DNA of 64,000 bases, taken from positions 28,621 to 92,620 of IMG/VR virus record IMGVR_UViG_3300050158_000039; one strand, written 5' to 3'. Under the pieces are notes generated by a model. It made no database searches. It was not told where the DNA came from and saw only the letters and a list, made by a program, of their open reading frames with translations. The position numbers were made by a program, and so were the translations under genes. The first letter of the stretch is position 1, and every line of letters begins with the position of its first letter. The stretch comes from a virus. Below are positions 62,070 to 64,000 of the stretch, piece after piece.

Positions 62070-63074
62070 TTACTTAAGCACACCCCACACATCATCCCAA
62101 GTCCCTTGCAGCGCACCCTTGGAATAGCTAGACTCAGTTTGTTCGAAGAAGTTGGTGTGTGATGGCAGCGCAAGCATTTCGTCAACCCACGGAAGCGGAT
62201 TCTTCTTGTGCTTAAAGATGCCCTTCAGCCCCATCCCGATCAACCGACGGTCAGCAATGTAGCGAATGTATGCATGCATGTCAGCCTTCAACAGTTGCTG
62301 CTTGAACTCTGACGGATCCAGCTTGCTGTATGCAAGGTCGATGAACGCATCCTCGAGTTCAACCATTTTTTCAGCGATCGTATACAACTCACGCTTCAGA
62401 TCGTCATTCCAGATGTCCTTGTTCTCTTTCACAAACTCACGGAACAGGTACGTCATACCTTCACAGTGCATCGTTTCGTCAATGATTGACCATGTGACAA
62501 TCTTGGTCATGCCTGGCATCATGTTGTTGCGTCCAAAGTTCAGCAACATGACAAACGAACTAAACAACTGCATGCCTTCAGTAAACGCGCTAATGGCACA
62601 CATCTGCTGGATCACCTTAGCGTTATCGCCAGACTGCGTAATTTGTGCAATAAAGTCATGCTTATCGGCCATCGCCTTGTATTCCATGAATTCATTGTAC
62701 GTAGTGTCCGGGAAGCCGAGGGTTTCCAGTAGATGGCTGTACGCAGCAATGTGAACAGCCTCACGAGCTGCAAACCCAAGCAACATCATCCGTACTTCCG
62801 GCTGTGGGAATACCGGCAAGTAGTTGTTCACGTAGCCAGCCGCGACGTCCACATCGCCTTGTGTAAACAGACGCAGGATCTGCGTAAGGAAGTCCTTCTG
62901 GCCTTCAGACAGACGCTTCTTGAAGTCGTACACGTCCTGCTGCATTGGGATCACAGTATGCAGCCAATGAACCTGTTCGTGCTTGAGCCACAGTTCATAG
63001 CACTTGGGGTACGCAAACGGCTTGAACGTTGCGCGGGTGTCTGTTAGTTTTGTTTTCTTGTTAGTCTTAACCAT
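62070..63074 (-). CDS. nrdB: Class Ia ribonucleotide reductase beta subunit
   Basis: FTQGDVDV, EAVHIAAY, EGMQLFSSF, DETMH and NFFE. Confidence 0.95.
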   Translation of the reverse strand: MVKTNKKTKLTDTRATFKPFAYPKCYELWLKHEQVHWLHTVIPMQQDVYDFKKRLSEGQKDFLTQILRLFTQGDVDVAAGYVNNYLPVFPQPEVRMMLLGFAAREAVHIAAYSHLLETLGFPDTTYNEFMEYKAMADKHDFIAQITQSGDNAKVIQQMCAISAFTEGMQLFSSFVMLLNFGRNNMMPGMTKIVTWSIIDETMHCEGMTYLFREFVKENKDIWNDDLKRELYTIAEKMVELEDAFIDLAYSKLDPSEFKQQLLKADMHAYIRYIADRRLIGMGLKGIFKHKKNPLPWVDEMLALPSHTNFFEQTESSYSKGALQGTWDDVWGVLK

Positions 63075-63236
63075 TATAGGTCCAGTTCTCTATCTTGTTT
63101 TGATTTCCGGGTCTTTCGGGTGGTCCACTTCTTGCATCACTCACACTTGAAGATGACCAAATCGTCCCAGGGAACTCACGGAGCCCTTTTCGATGGTTCG
63201 AAACATACGCCTTGAGTTCCCCTGGGACCTTTCATG

Positions 63237-64000
63237 TTAGCCTTCGCACGCGATGCAATCAACGCCTTCAGCAATTTGTCGCAACTGGTCGATTTCCTCT
63301 TCAATGCGGACTCGCTCAACCCTCTTGCCGACTGTGTCTGTGTTAGCCAGCTTTTCTGTGCGCACGTAGTACATGGCCTTGCCACCCTTCTTCCAGTAGG
63401 AGAAGTGAATGGCGTGCAGTTTAGCGATGCTGATATCTGGACGAATGTAGATGTTGAACGACTGGCCCTGGTCAATGCGGGGTTGACGATCAGTCGTCAA
63501 CTCAACTGCCCACAGCTGATCAATTTCTGAAGCCGTTTTGAAGACATCCTTCTCAATATCCGACAAACACTCCAGTCCCTGAACAGAACCTTCGGCTTGA
63601 ACAATCTTCAGCCAAGCTTCTTGGTAATCACACGCCCCATCAGCATCCAACTTCTTTAGTAGTTCGTCCAAATGCTTATTCTTCTGAATGAACGTACCAG
63701 ACAATGTGTCTTGGCGGAATGCATTAGCGCGCCATGCTTCGGTTGAAGGCGACACATTACCGCAGATCAGAGCATTGCTGGCCGTTGGGGCGATCGCGCT
63801 CATGTGCGCAAACCGCAGACCTGTGCCTTCAAGCCACTTAGGCGAACCGCGTTCAGCGCCGAGATCAGCATTGGCGCGATCCAGTTGAGCTTGGAACCGG
63901 GTGAAGATGCGGTTATTTGCAGCCTTTGCCATCACGCCGTCATACGCGATTATGTTCTTCTGCAGATATGAATGGAAACCCATCACACCAATACCAATGC
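63237..64000 (-). CDS. nrdA: Class Ia ribonucleotide reductase alpha subunit, C-terminal part (5'-truncated by the window edge)
   Basis: IGIGVMG, AIAPTAS, DQGQS, KAMYY and C-terminal CIACEG. Confidence 0.95.
   Translation of the reverse strand, partial: IGIGVMGFHSYLQKNIIAYDGVMAKAANNRIFTRFQAQLDRANADLGAERGSPKWLEGTGLRFAHMSAIAPTASNALICGNVSPSTEAWRANAFRQDTLSGTFIQKNKHLDELLKKLDADGACDYQEAWLKIVQAEGSVQGLECLSDIEKDVFKTASEIDQLWAVELTTDRQPRIDQGQSFNIYIRPDISIAKLHAIHFSYWKKGGKAMYYVRTEKLANTDTVGKRVERVRIEEEIDQLRQIAEGVDCIACEG

Noticed and set aside
1-64000. Genome-wide TAG reassignment suggested by the CTA-anticodon tRNA
   Set aside because: Conserved enzymes (Rnl1, ThyA, topoisomerase, primase, NrdB) are full length in code 11 with no in-frame TAG breaks in this window.

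Overview
The window is a 64-kb slice of a large T4-like (jumbo) myophage genome, not a cellular chromosome. Evidence: T4-type TATAAATA/TAAATA late promoters next to sigma70 promoters, a T4-like primase, topoisomerase II subunits and RNA ligase 1, and dense gene packing. A proteobacterial host is inferred from the two-piece tmRNA, the muramidase endolysin and a high-GC tailspike. Layout: 1-6.8 kb, a tandem AAA/HExxH module and putative head proteins; 7-16.6 kb and 25.5-28.4 kb, a minus-strand RNA region with about 36 tRNAs; 17-25 kb, leader-bearing proteins (including a kinase), RNA ligase 1, a nucleotidyltransferase and a VWA protein; 29-45 kb, NAD/CoA/nucleotide metabolism, endolysin and tailspike; 45-64 kb, split NAD-dependent ligase, homing endonucleases, Acb1, two-piece tmRNA, ClpP, primase, topoisomerase II and RNR. 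The most striking unexplained signal lies inside the tRNA array. Seven copies of a conserved bulged stalk (GTTGCGTAG-N5-7-AGTTACTTC-like) are each grafted onto a different tRNA-like head: circularly permuted, stalk-inserted, fully nested, or reduced. They resemble bacterial YrlA Y RNAs. Around them sit many other non-canonical tRNA-like RNAs: a minihelix, a double-T-arm RNA, an intron-like insertion, and long-arm Gln/Cys/Pro tRNAs. There is also an amber suppressor tRNA and an approximately 0.9-kb GOLLD/ROOL-like RNA. All RNA folds and protein families were assigned by eye with no database searches; RNA ends are approximate to a few nucleotides.
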